A stretch of 62,961 nucleotides of DNA, filler included, from Stramenopiles sp. TOSAG23-3 (Eukaryota): assembly GCA_900128585.1 (NCBI GenBank). It is 7 parts of 7 records of this genome, joined end to end, with 100 filler letters (N's around TTAATTAATTAA, not from the genome) between each part and the next. Parts side by side here need not be neighbours in the genome. Positions count along the whole stretch, not along the records: positions 9,017 to 17,930 come from LT642966.1; positions 18,031 to 26,943 come from LT642967.1; 5 more parts are not named here. One strand, given 5' to 3'. This document shows, one piece after another, positions 11,034 through 20,110 of this stretch. Numbering within the stretch: position 1 is the first letter of the stretch; each line of letters opens with the position of its first letter. The position numbers and the translations under genes were made by a program. A model generated the notes under the pieces. The model was given only the letters and a program-made list of their open reading frames with translations, searched no databases and had not been told where the DNA came from.

Positions 11034-12203
11034 ATGACAACCGTCAAACTTGCCGCCATTGAGGCCCAGCGCACTATTGCCGTTCTCGAAGAGTGCCTAG
11101 AGAAGTTGGCGTTCTTGGGCAGCATTACTCCTGATGTTCTCGCTCACCGTGACGAATTGAGTCAGTTTGTGGGGGATGAAATATCTAGGATTATTGAAGA
11201 GCAGAGGCGGCTAGAGCAGCGTTACGAAGAGTTGATCGCCCAACGAGGGCTATTGAAGGGGTTGGCGAACAAGTCTAAATATAAGCAGAACCAGGTCGAG
11301 ATTCAAGACGTTAGCCGGTCCCTTCGGGAATCAACGAAGAACTTGTGTCGCAACCTCAAAGACAACCCTAACATAAGTGGCAATCTGATGAAAATTCAGC
11401 AAGAGAGGGAGTCGTTGCAGGACCTCCTTATACGCACCATTCAGAACCTGGAAGACGGCACGTTCCAAACCCTTATCTCGCAAGTCGATGCGGACAGGGC
11501 CGAACAAGCGAAACTAGAAGGTTTGGTCAGGCGCGAGAAGGAGACGGCGGCGGCCGTAAAGCAGTTGAAAGAGGACCTGCTGGGGGAGCAGGAAGAGCAC
11601 ACGCGTGAGCTAGCTGCGAGAAAGAAAAAAATTGCGGAATTGAAGGAAGAACTGCAGGAGATCAAGTCGAAAACGCAAGGAGAGACCAATTACATGAGGA
11701 AAAAGGAGGAAGCCAAGACTGCCAGTATTTTAAGAATGTTTGGGCAGAAAGAAAAAGAGATGAAGAGGCAGCTGGACGAATTGGAAAATCAGATGCACAT
11801 GGAGTCCACGGTGCACGAGGAAACAATGGGGTTTTTAACTGTCAAGCACAGGGACTTGGAGAGCAAAAGCGAGCAGTGGGAAAATAAACATATGGCCGAC
11901 ACCGAAATGAAAGATAAAGAGCTGAGAATGTTGACGGCCGACCGCGAGCGTGATTTAAATACTTTGGAGGGTTTGCGAGAGCGTGACGAGCAGCGAAATG
12001 CTGCTGAAATGGCACGGAAAGCAGAGGAACGTCGTTTGGCAGAACTTGAAAGGTTGCGAAAGGAAGAAGAAGCCCGTCGCCATGCGGCCGCAATCAAGAT
12101 TCAACGCAAGGGTAGATTGTATCTGAAGAAGAAGGCGGAGAGCGGCGGCGGGAAGAAAGGGAAGAAAAAGGGCAAGAAGAAGGGCAAGAAGAAGAAGAAG
12201 TAA
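11034..12203 (+). CDS. DRC9: Dynein regulatory complex protein 9 (IQCG)
   Basis: Long coiled coil, LCRNLKDNPN motif, C-terminal IQ motif (AAIKIQRKGR) and KKGKKK tail. Confidence 0.85.
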   Translation: MTTVKLAAIEAQRTIAVLEECLEKLAFLGSITPDVLAHRDELSQFVGDEISRIIEEQRRLEQRYEELIAQRGLLKGLANKSKYKQNQVEIQDVSRSLRESTKNLCRNLKDNPNISGNLMKIQQERESLQDLLIRTIQNLEDGTFQTLISQVDADRAEQAKLEGLVRREKETAAAVKQLKEDLLGEQEEHTRELAARKKKIAELKEELQEIKSKTQGETNYMRKKEEAKTASILRMFGQKEKEMKRQLDELENQMHMESTVHEETMGFLTVKHRDLESKSEQWENKHMADTEMKDKELRMLTADRERDLNTLEGLRERDEQRNAAEMARKAEERRLAELERLRKEEEARRHAAAIKIQRKGRLYLKKKAESGGGKKGKKKGKKKGKKKKK

Positions 12204-12329
12204 AAAGAAAGAATGCGCGCGTGTAGTTTAATTCAAGAAGAAAGATTAGCGGTACAAAATATAATATATAAGCTTAAAGGTACGAGTAAGAATTAAGAGG
12301 TAGTGTACTAGTTCGTAGCAAATTAAAAT

Positions 12330-14312
12330 TTAAAAACCATAAAAAGCCACCGACAGCGACCGGTTAAAAAACGTTTCCCACTCTCGTATGCTTGATTTAA
12401 TCTTTTGGGTTGAACTTATAAACCGTTGTCGTTCCATCAACACTTGCTTTGTGTAATAAAACCTCGCACGATTCTCGCATAAGGAGGACACGATGTTGAC
12501 GTATTCCGTACGGTTGGGCGCAACCAAATCCATCACTCCCATTTGTTTGTACAGCCGATAGGCGAATCTGCCTCGAATGTCCCGGCCTGGCAGGGTCACC
12601 AATGGTGTGCCCAACATTATTGATTCGAACGCGGTCGTAAACGCCGACCAGGGCAGTGTGTCCAGGACAACGGTAGAGATCGAAATCAACGACAAATAAT
12701 TCGGACGGGACAATCGATCAAAGAAATGCACGCGATTCATGAGCGATGGACCAAGCCTCTGTCGCATACGCTGTTTCACGATAGGAACAGACGCGTATTC
12801 GTGCTGGCCTTGTTTAATCGCAAGTACAATTACTATGTGCGCGCCCGTATTCTTGTGAAGCACGGAAGCCAGTACAGAATCAAAACTCGGGTGATACTTG
12901 AATATCGTTTGGACACAGGATACCAACGGGGCATTAGAAGGCACGCCAAAGTCGCCTTTTGTCAACATTGTTGCTTCGTTTTCTATTTGTGCTTTGTAAT
13001 CTCGCACTGTGTTCATTTGTGTCCCAAGAATCCAGGGCGATTCATCGAACCGAACGACCTGCTCCGTGAATCCGTAATGGTCGGACGAGTCAAGAAATGG
13101 AACATTGTCTGGCTCCAAATGATCGGCAGATATGAAGTAGTCGATAGTGTCCTCAAGGCCCGAGGTTGCAACGAAGCACCAAGTTGACATTTGGACAACT
13201 GCCAGTCGGGCAAAGGCCAAGAAGTATGGCCAAGGGTTCATGCCAATTTCCATAAAAACAAGAATGTCCAGTTCCAAGCGTGATATTGCATACCGGGCCT
13301 CTTCCAAACGGCCCAAGTCCCCCGTCACATAAATGTCACGGTCCAGGTGAGGGAACGCCCGGTCGACCGTGTCGAGCTTCGACGCACAGCCATGATTCAA
13401 ACTTCTTATGTAAAACACTTGGAATTTCTCCCGTGACAATTTTTCAACCACCTTCCCTCCATGCATGTAAAGGGAGTGTGATCTGCACCAATCGGTTGTC
13501 AGAAATCCTACCCGCTTTCTCCTCGCAACATCGTTGATAGCTTCGCCTCTAGTGTTGGACTTTTGAAACAACCTCTGGTGCCACTGCAACGATGACAACC
13601 TGGGTGCAACAAAATTCAAGGATTTCGTCAGCATAGAATTCAGACGCGCTTTCCTTTTTAAGAAAATTAAGTTTTCATGGACATTAAACGAGGCATAGTG
13701 CAATCGGTAAATCGTAGGGGACCAGTCTATGAGGGACTGTGGATTCTCCTGCTGAGGAATACGCAAAAACGACTTCCATGCCTCTTCTAAAACGGAAAGC
13801 CTCGTGTTCAAGTACTGGATATTCATACGCGATGACTCTGATGACTTCAAAATCGCAGGAAACAGAGTCGCTGCCAGGATGTCCAGATCGTGGTTATCGG
13901 GAAAAAATCGTTTCGCTTCCTGAAGGCAACGGTAAGCCTGCTCGACCTCATCCACACTGGACAAGAAAACCCCTAGCTGCACCAAGCTTGTGCCCTGTAT
14001 TTTACTCTCAAGAGCACTTAAGAAAAATGCTTTTGCGTCTCCGTTATGTCCTAGTTCTGAGTGTTGCAACGCCAAGTTATGGTATAATTTATGGATAGTA
14101 TTGCACGCCAACAGTTCTGTTTCATTCATAATATCGATAAACTGCGCGCCTTTTTGGAATACCTCCAGGGCAATCTCATCCTTGCTCTCCGATGAATATG
14201 CATTACCCACCGCAAATGCGTTCTGCACATAGCCACACAAATCGCTGGAAAGCGCAAATGGCGAAAGCAGCAGGCAACAGACGAGTATTTCAACTGCAAA
14301 CCGCCAACGCAT
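12330..14312 (-). CDS. TPR + GT41 (SPINDLY/OGT-like) glycosyltransferase with N-terminal signal peptide
   Basis: ATG at 14312; hydrophobic leader; TPR-like helices; RVGFL..HS, LDILVFMEIGM, RLAVVQ, TSGL..IDYFIS, K.HP.FD, LDT.P..FTT..E and GTPLVTLPG..RGR motifs. Confidence 0.85.
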   Translation of the reverse strand: MRWRFAVEILVCCLLLSPFALSSDLCGYVQNAFAVGNAYSSESKDEIALEVFQKGAQFIDIMNETELLACNTIHKLYHNLALQHSELGHNGDAKAFFLSALESKIQGTSLVQLGVFLSSVDEVEQAYRCLQEAKRFFPDNHDLDILAATLFPAILKSSESSRMNIQYLNTRLSVLEEAWKSFLRIPQQENPQSLIDWSPTIYRLHYASFNVHENLIFLKRKARLNSMLTKSLNFVAPRLSSLQWHQRLFQKSNTRGEAINDVARRKRVGFLTTDWCRSHSLYMHGGKVVEKLSREKFQVFYIRSLNHGCASKLDTVDRAFPHLDRDIYVTGDLGRLEEARYAISRLELDILVFMEIGMNPWPYFLAFARLAVVQMSTWCFVATSGLEDTIDYFISADHLEPDNVPFLDSSDHYGFTEQVVRFDESPWILGTQMNTVRDYKAQIENEATMLTKGDFGVPSNAPLVSCVQTIFKYHPSFDSVLASVLHKNTGAHIVIVLAIKQGQHEYASVPIVKQRMRQRLGPSLMNRVHFFDRLSRPNYLSLISISTVVLDTLPWSAFTTAFESIMLGTPLVTLPGRDIRGRFAYRLYKQMGVMDLVAPNRTEYVNIVSSLCENRARFYYTKQVLMERQRFISSTQKIKSSIREWETFFNRSLSVAFYGF

Positions 14313-14918
14313 ACTAATGACTTGCAGCCAGCAGCCCAATAATCTACCTTGGTATAAATTAAGTTTGGTCGTTGAGGTACTCACTGCGTCGTCTCAATTG
14401 CCTTGGTGGACAAATTGAAACTTCCATATTTTCTGCATTATATATATAGAGCTAATACACATATAGAATCGATTGTTTCCCTTACAAATAATGGTTGGGA
14501 TGGTAACACACATGCATGAGTGAGCCACCACCGCACCACAACGCAGCGCTGAAAAAAAAAATAGATTTGTTATTGTTTGTGTCAATCACAACACATCACA
14601 TCATCACAGCAGGTATAAAAAAAAATATTAAAAATTGATGATGCTGCATTATAAAAATATGGTGGAACATATATAAAATATCTATTTACATTTACCACCA
14701 CATACCAAAAGGTATACGACTATTATTTAAATTAAACCATAGTATTATTTTCAAAAAGTAGAAGTTATAGTATAAAAAAACCAAAATATATAGTATGTTT
14801 TAAGACTCTCATTTTAAATCCAATACTTCAATAGTATAAATATAATAAAGAAGGAAGAAGATACAAAAAGGGAAGAAAAAAAAAAGGACCAAGGCAGATC
14901 GGTTGCTGTGTAAAACGG

Positions 14919-17246
14919 TTACGCAACTTTCACCCCGATTCTTTCTCGACCAACGTCCACTTTCAAAACAATAAGATCCAAAACATTCCCAATACTAACT
15001 GGCGCCTTGCCTATTTGAGAATTGTGCAGCAATGCAGATGTGCCAACGCCAATATCCAAAAAGGCACCAAAATTTGTACAATTCGTAACTGTCCCACGAA
15101 TTTTGCTTCCTACCTTTAACTCTCGTATATCTTTCGGCCCGCTATTTATAATAGTTCCGGCTTTGCCCCGCGGGTCATATTGCTTATTCTTTAAAAAGAA
15201 TTGGATTTGCTTTATAATATCATTTTCCTCCTTCAAATCGGACTTATACGACGAATCCCGAAGAACTTTTCTCGCCAGCGAGTACGATTCTGGGTGAACA
15301 GATGTCTCATCTAATTTTTCATTTCCCCCAATAATTTTCAAAAATCCCGCTGCTTGCTCAAACGATTTTGGCCCTATACCAGTTACATTTTTTAAGTCTT
15401 GCCTATTTCGAAACCTTCCTTTCTTACGAGCATGCTGGTAAATACCCATGGCAGTTTTTTTGTTCAAACCAGATATGTGCCGTAATAACGCTACACTAGC
15501 AGTGTTGACGTCGACACCAACACTGCTTACAACTGTACTAACGACGGTGTCCAGTCGCTTTTCAAGCGCTTTTTGGGAAATATCATGCTGGTACATCCCA
15601 ACGCCAAGGGAAGCCGGTGGCACTTTCACCAACTCTGACAATGGGTTCTGCAATCTCCGTGCTATTGAAATTGCTCCAATAGCCAAAGGATCCAAGCTTC
15701 CAAATTCTTCCCGAGCCTCATCTGACGTCGAGTACACAGATGCCCCCGCTTCGTTAACAACCGCGCATGGTATATTTAATTTTTTTCGTTTCAACACTTC
15801 CAACAGCCACGATTCCATGTCCTTAGACGCAGTCCCATTCCCAAGTGCAATTAAAGATACAGAATCTTCCTTTATCATTCTCAGAATAGTCTCTTCTGGA
15901 TCTGGGTTAGAGCGAGACGAGTCCCCTTTGTGCCTTTTCTTCCTATACGAAGAGAGGACAGGCCAAATCGTTGCTGTTTGCAGCATACTTCCTTGATTAT
16001 CGACTGTGGCCAATTTACAACCAAAGCGGAAACCGGGATCACATCCAAGCACATTGTGACTACGGCGGGTTGGTTGCATCAACAAACTTTTAACATTGTT
16101 CGCAAAACATTCAATTGCATCCGCATGGGCGTCTTCCCTTAATTTTTTTCGAGTTTCTCGGACTAATGCTGGTCTTATGAGACGTTTCCACGATTCTTCA
16201 GCCGAATTATCAATCAAACGCTCGCGTTTCCTACATCGTTTGTTCTTCACAAAAGTTTTGTTTGCTATAGATCGAATTCGGTTTCTTAGATACCTCATTT
16301 GCTTTTCTTTGTCATCGGTACTGTTGCTCCTCAAAAACTGGACGCTAACGCTTAGGGCCCCATCTTTAGCACCGCGTTCTATTGCCAAAACCTGGTGGTG
16401 CTTAACGTGTCGAAACGCACACATTTTTTTATCATAAAAGTCGTAAGTACCAACGGCATCGCCGTGGCGTTTACCGCCTCCGTCATTTTGGTGTTTCCGT
16501 TTTTTGCTACTGGGACCATCTCGGTCCGGTTTTGTACTTTTCTTAACGGAACATTTGAACATGCCTTGTGAAAGTACAAAATCGCGAAGATCACTGCGGA
16601 CAGCGGCATCTTCGCTTAGTTTTTCGGCAATTAAATCAGTTAGCATCTGCAAACAATCTTGCTCTGACTTTTTTATTTTCCTACTTATTTTTTTAATTTG
16701 ATTTGTAATTTCAGCGTCGTCACACTTTTGTTGAAAGCACTGTAATGCTAACGGCTCCAGCCCGGCTTTTCGAGCAGTTTCTGCTTTTGTACAACGTGCT
16801 CTTCGGTACGGCAAATAAATATCCTCCAAATCAGTTAAAGTTGACGATTCAAGAATGGATTGTTTAAGGCTTTGGGTCAATGATCCATCATTACGCTTTG
16901 ACAATTCTTCCATCATTTTTTTCTTTCGATCTTGCAGTTTTTCAAACGAACCATAAACTTCGAGCCACTTTGTTAACGTCACACTATCGGCATTGCCAGT
17001 TTGTGCTCGTCTGTATCGGGCTATAAATGGTATAGTGCATTTTTCTTCAAAAAGTTTAAAAGCATTTAAAATCGATGTTTTCGAACATTGTGAATTATTC
17101 TCCACTGAATGACTGTGAACATTCTGATTATTTCTCCTATTACCTTCACCAAGAATATTTATGCATATGTGTTTGTCAAGAAGAACACGAAGGGAAAGGG
17201 AACTTCCTTTGTTCACAACTTTTCTTGCAACGGACTTTCCAATCAT
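14919..17246 (-). CDS. Tex/SRBD1-family S1 RNA-binding protein
   Basis: TIPFIARYR, LEDIYLPY, DPGFRFGCKLA (YqgF), IALGNGTAS, NEAGASVYS, GVGMYQHD, HhH motif (GIGPKSFEQAAGF) and C-terminal S1 domain (FGAFLDIG). Confidence 0.95.
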   Translation of the reverse strand: MIGKSVARKVVNKGSSLSLRVLLDKHICINILGEGNRRNNQNVHSHSVENNSQCSKTSILNAFKLFEEKCTIPFIARYRRAQTGNADSVTLTKWLEVYGSFEKLQDRKKKMMEELSKRNDGSLTQSLKQSILESSTLTDLEDIYLPYRRARCTKAETARKAGLEPLALQCFQQKCDDAEITNQIKKISRKIKKSEQDCLQMLTDLIAEKLSEDAAVRSDLRDFVLSQGMFKCSVKKSTKPDRDGPSSKKRKHQNDGGGKRHGDAVGTYDFYDKKMCAFRHVKHHQVLAIERGAKDGALSVSVQFLRSNSTDDKEKQMRYLRNRIRSIANKTFVKNKRCRKRERLIDNSAEESWKRLIRPALVRETRKKLREDAHADAIECFANNVKSLLMQPTRRSHNVLGCDPGFRFGCKLATVDNQGSMLQTATIWPVLSSYRKKRHKGDSSRSNPDPEETILRMIKEDSVSLIALGNGTASKDMESWLLEVLKRKKLNIPCAVVNEAGASVYSTSDEAREEFGSLDPLAIGAISIARRLQNPLSELVKVPPASLGVGMYQHDISQKALEKRLDTVVSTVVSSVGVDVNTASVALLRHISGLNKKTAMGIYQHARKKGRFRNRQDLKNVTGIGPKSFEQAAGFLKIIGGNEKLDETSVHPESYSLARKVLRDSSYKSDLKEENDIIKQIQFFLKNKQYDPRGKAGTIINSGPKDIRELKVGSKIRGTVTNCTNFGAFLDIGVGTSALLHNSQIGKAPVSIGNVLDLIVLKVDVGRERIGVKVA

Positions 17247-17930
17247 GGACTTGAGGGGGGGGGGGGAAGCCGGCGAAAATTAAAGATACAATCTCCGTTA
17301 TTCTTTGTATGGAAAATTCCAGATCGTTTGGGAAATGAAGAATGTTTAATTTTTCAAAATTGTGTATGCTTTTTCATCTAGAATACTTATATCTTTTATA
17401 CTTGCGAGGTGGTGGTGGGTGGTGTATATTTTTTTATTATTGTGTACTCGGAAATCCTCTAATGTTATGCGAACTGTCCCACCCCCAATTTTGTAGTAGG
17501 ATTCCCCATTTTTTTTAGTTGTTGGGTGGACGGAGAGTCGGACAGGGCAGGAGAGGTAAGGAGGTATGGGTAGGATATTGGAGAGAGAAGATTTTTTTCT
17601 TCTTCTTCTGATATCGATGATTATTTTGAAGAAGAAGAAGCAAAATTTTATAAGATTGAATATTTTCGATGATATGATGTTGTATTGTATTTGTATGTTG
17701 CGTGATGGTGGCGATGATTTATAATAGGTAAGCATGAAGTTATATTTCATAGTCTTCTACTAGGAAGTGCGGTCAAGAACTGTAAAATCTATTTATTTTT
17801 TATTCGTCGTCGTCGTCGTTGCATTTTACTTTTCGTAGGATTTTATTTTTTAGATGAACGTTTCCAATGTTTTGTTTTGGATGCTGTGATCATGTTTTTG
17901 ATGCAGCCCCCCCCCCCCCCCCCCCCCCCC

Positions 17931-18030
17931 NNNNNNNNNNNNNNNNNNNNNNNNNNNNNNNNNNNNNNNNNNNNTTAATTAATTAANNNNNNNNNNNNNN
18001 NNNNNNNNNNNNNNNNNNNNNNNNNNNNNN
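17931..18030. other. Artificial contig linker
   Basis: N44-TTAATTAATTAA-N44. Confidence 0.98.
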
Positions 18031-18032
18031 CC

Positions 18033-19475
18033 AGATTTTCTTCTATTCCTAAAGCAGTAGAAGGGGAGCGTATTTCAGCCCCACCGATGGTCTACATTAA
18101 AGGCGAAGAAATGACGATGTACTGCATGGAACTCATTATGGAAAAATGGATTGAGCCAAATATTGACACCTCCAATTGGGAATTTTTTGATTTATCCTGC
18201 ACCAGCCGAGACGCGACGGACGACCAAGTCTTGCACGACGCGGTAGACGCAGGGAACCGATTGTGTGCCATATTCAAAGAACCAACCATCACGCCAACTG
18301 CCATTCAAAAAGAAGAGATGGGCTTGAAAAATGCGCTAGGGAGCCCCAATGGAGCCATGAGGCGTGGGTGGAATGGTATTACGATATCGCGCGACACTAT
18401 CCACATTAAAAACATGGAACTTGGGTTTGAGAAGCCGGTATTGTTCGAAAGGCACGCTGTCGGTGGGGAATATTCGGCCGGATGGAAGGAGGTAGGCTCC
18501 GGCACCTTGATGACCGTGTTTTCTCCCAGCGACGGGAGCTCACCTGTTGTAGTAGATAATAGGCTGTTGGACAATGATTTGAATGCAGTCGTGAGCTACC
18601 ACAATCCTTTGGATAATGTTGAAGACCTTGCACATCATTTTTTTTCGAGGTGCCTTGAAGCGGAAGTCACGCCATACGTCGTGACGAAAAAGACAGTTTT
18701 TAAGTGGCAAGAAGGTTTCTGGTTAAAAATGAAAGACACGTTTGACCAGCATTACCACGAAAAGTACGTGGCTGCTGGCCTTCTCGATCACTGCGGGGGA
18801 GAGCTTCAACATTTGATCAGTGATGCGGCTACAATGCAAATCATTCGATGGACCGGCGGTGGCTTCGGGATGGCGGCCCACAACTACGATGGGGATATGT
18901 TGACGGATGAAATCGCCCAGGTCCATCGCAGCCCAGGATTCATCACATCCAATTTGATCGGAAAACGAGACGATGGCGTGATGATAAAGGAGTTCGAAGC
19001 TTCCCACGGCACTGTCGCAGACATGTGGGAAGACCATAAGCGCGGGGAGGAAACGAGCCTCAATCCTTTGGGGATGGTTGAGGCACTGATTGGGGCAATG
19101 AACCACTCCGCAACCCTAAGCGACGACAAAAAAGATGCCGACCGATTGCTGGCTTTTACAGAGCTGTTGCGTGACACCATCCACAGTTGCATGGTGAACG
19201 ACGAAGGAACACGCGATTTGTGTGGACCAGACGGCCTGACCACCGAAGCGTTTGTTGATACTGTTGCAAAACGTATGGGGGGCATCCCAGCAGCGCTGAC
19301 CAGGCAAGAAAGTTTTAGCCCAAAGCGCTTGGCAGGATGGAACGCAGTTGACGAAGAGGCCGTGAAAGAACTGTTTACAGAGTTCGATACCGACGGTAGT
19401 GGCAACATCAACTTTCAAGAATTTTGCGTTGCATTGTCGAAGCTTGGAGTTCAGCCCAAGGATGTAAAATTTTAA
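18033..19475 (+). CDS. IDH: Isocitrate dehydrogenase with C-terminal EF-hand (5' truncated by contig edge)
   Basis: GEEMT, KEPTITP, GSPNGAMR, ERHAVGGEY, HNYDGD and EFEASHGTV motifs; EF-hand loop DTDGSGNINFQE; the frame is open to the contig start. Confidence 0.93.
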   Translation, partial: RFSSIPKAVEGERISAPPMVYIKGEEMTMYCMELIMEKWIEPNIDTSNWEFFDLSCTSRDATDDQVLHDAVDAGNRLCAIFKEPTITPTAIQKEEMGLKNALGSPNGAMRRGWNGITISRDTIHIKNMELGFEKPVLFERHAVGGEYSAGWKEVGSGTLMTVFSPSDGSSPVVVDNRLLDNDLNAVVSYHNPLDNVEDLAHHFFSRCLEAEVTPYVVTKKTVFKWQEGFWLKMKDTFDQHYHEKYVAAGLLDHCGGELQHLISDAATMQIIRWTGGGFGMAAHNYDGDMLTDEIAQVHRSPGFITSNLIGKRDDGVMIKEFEASHGTVADMWEDHKRGEETSLNPLGMVEALIGAMNHSATLSDDKKDADRLLAFTELLRDTIHSCMVNDEGTRDLCGPDGLTTEAFVDTVAKRMGGIPAALTRQESFSPKRLAGWNAVDEEAVKELFTEFDTDGSGNINFQEFCVALSKLGVQPKDVKF

Positions 19476-20110
19476 AGCAACTGTCGCTTATGAACCGGCT
19501 GTAAAACACAGGATCGTTCGAACAAAACGAAAGAATTTTTAAATAGTTCTGAGGCAATTTAAAGGTGTCAAGAATTGAATAAAAAAACCCCTAAGTTTGA
19601 CTTAATAAATATCAGATTTTGTGTCTTGACTATATATATAATAATAAAATATCAAAATTAAATAAATGAAAAAGACTAAAAAATAATAATGATAATGAAA
19701 GGTGGTCGGTCGGTGTGTTGTACGGTATAATTGTCATTTATTACTTCGAAAGAATTATTAAGAATAGTGTTATAATATAGGGTTAATTAATCTGTCTTTT
19801 ATTTTCGTTTCTTCTTCCATCATCTCTTTCTTATTCTCCTCTCTTCTTCTTCTTGCAGTTTTTTTAACTGCCATTCCCTAGATTAACATGAACACACCCC
19901 CGTATTAATATCAGAATGATGATGACGACGACGAAGAAGAAAGAACGAAAATAATAATAATAATAAATAATGATTATTCCTTCCAATTGATTTCCAATTG
20001 ATTCTGGACCAACGCCCGTGGGCTACGACAAAACCGCAGCTTTGCTGTTTATATTTTTGGCCAAACGTTTGAGTCTATATTATCCCAGGCGATTTGGTAG
20101 GTACATAAAA

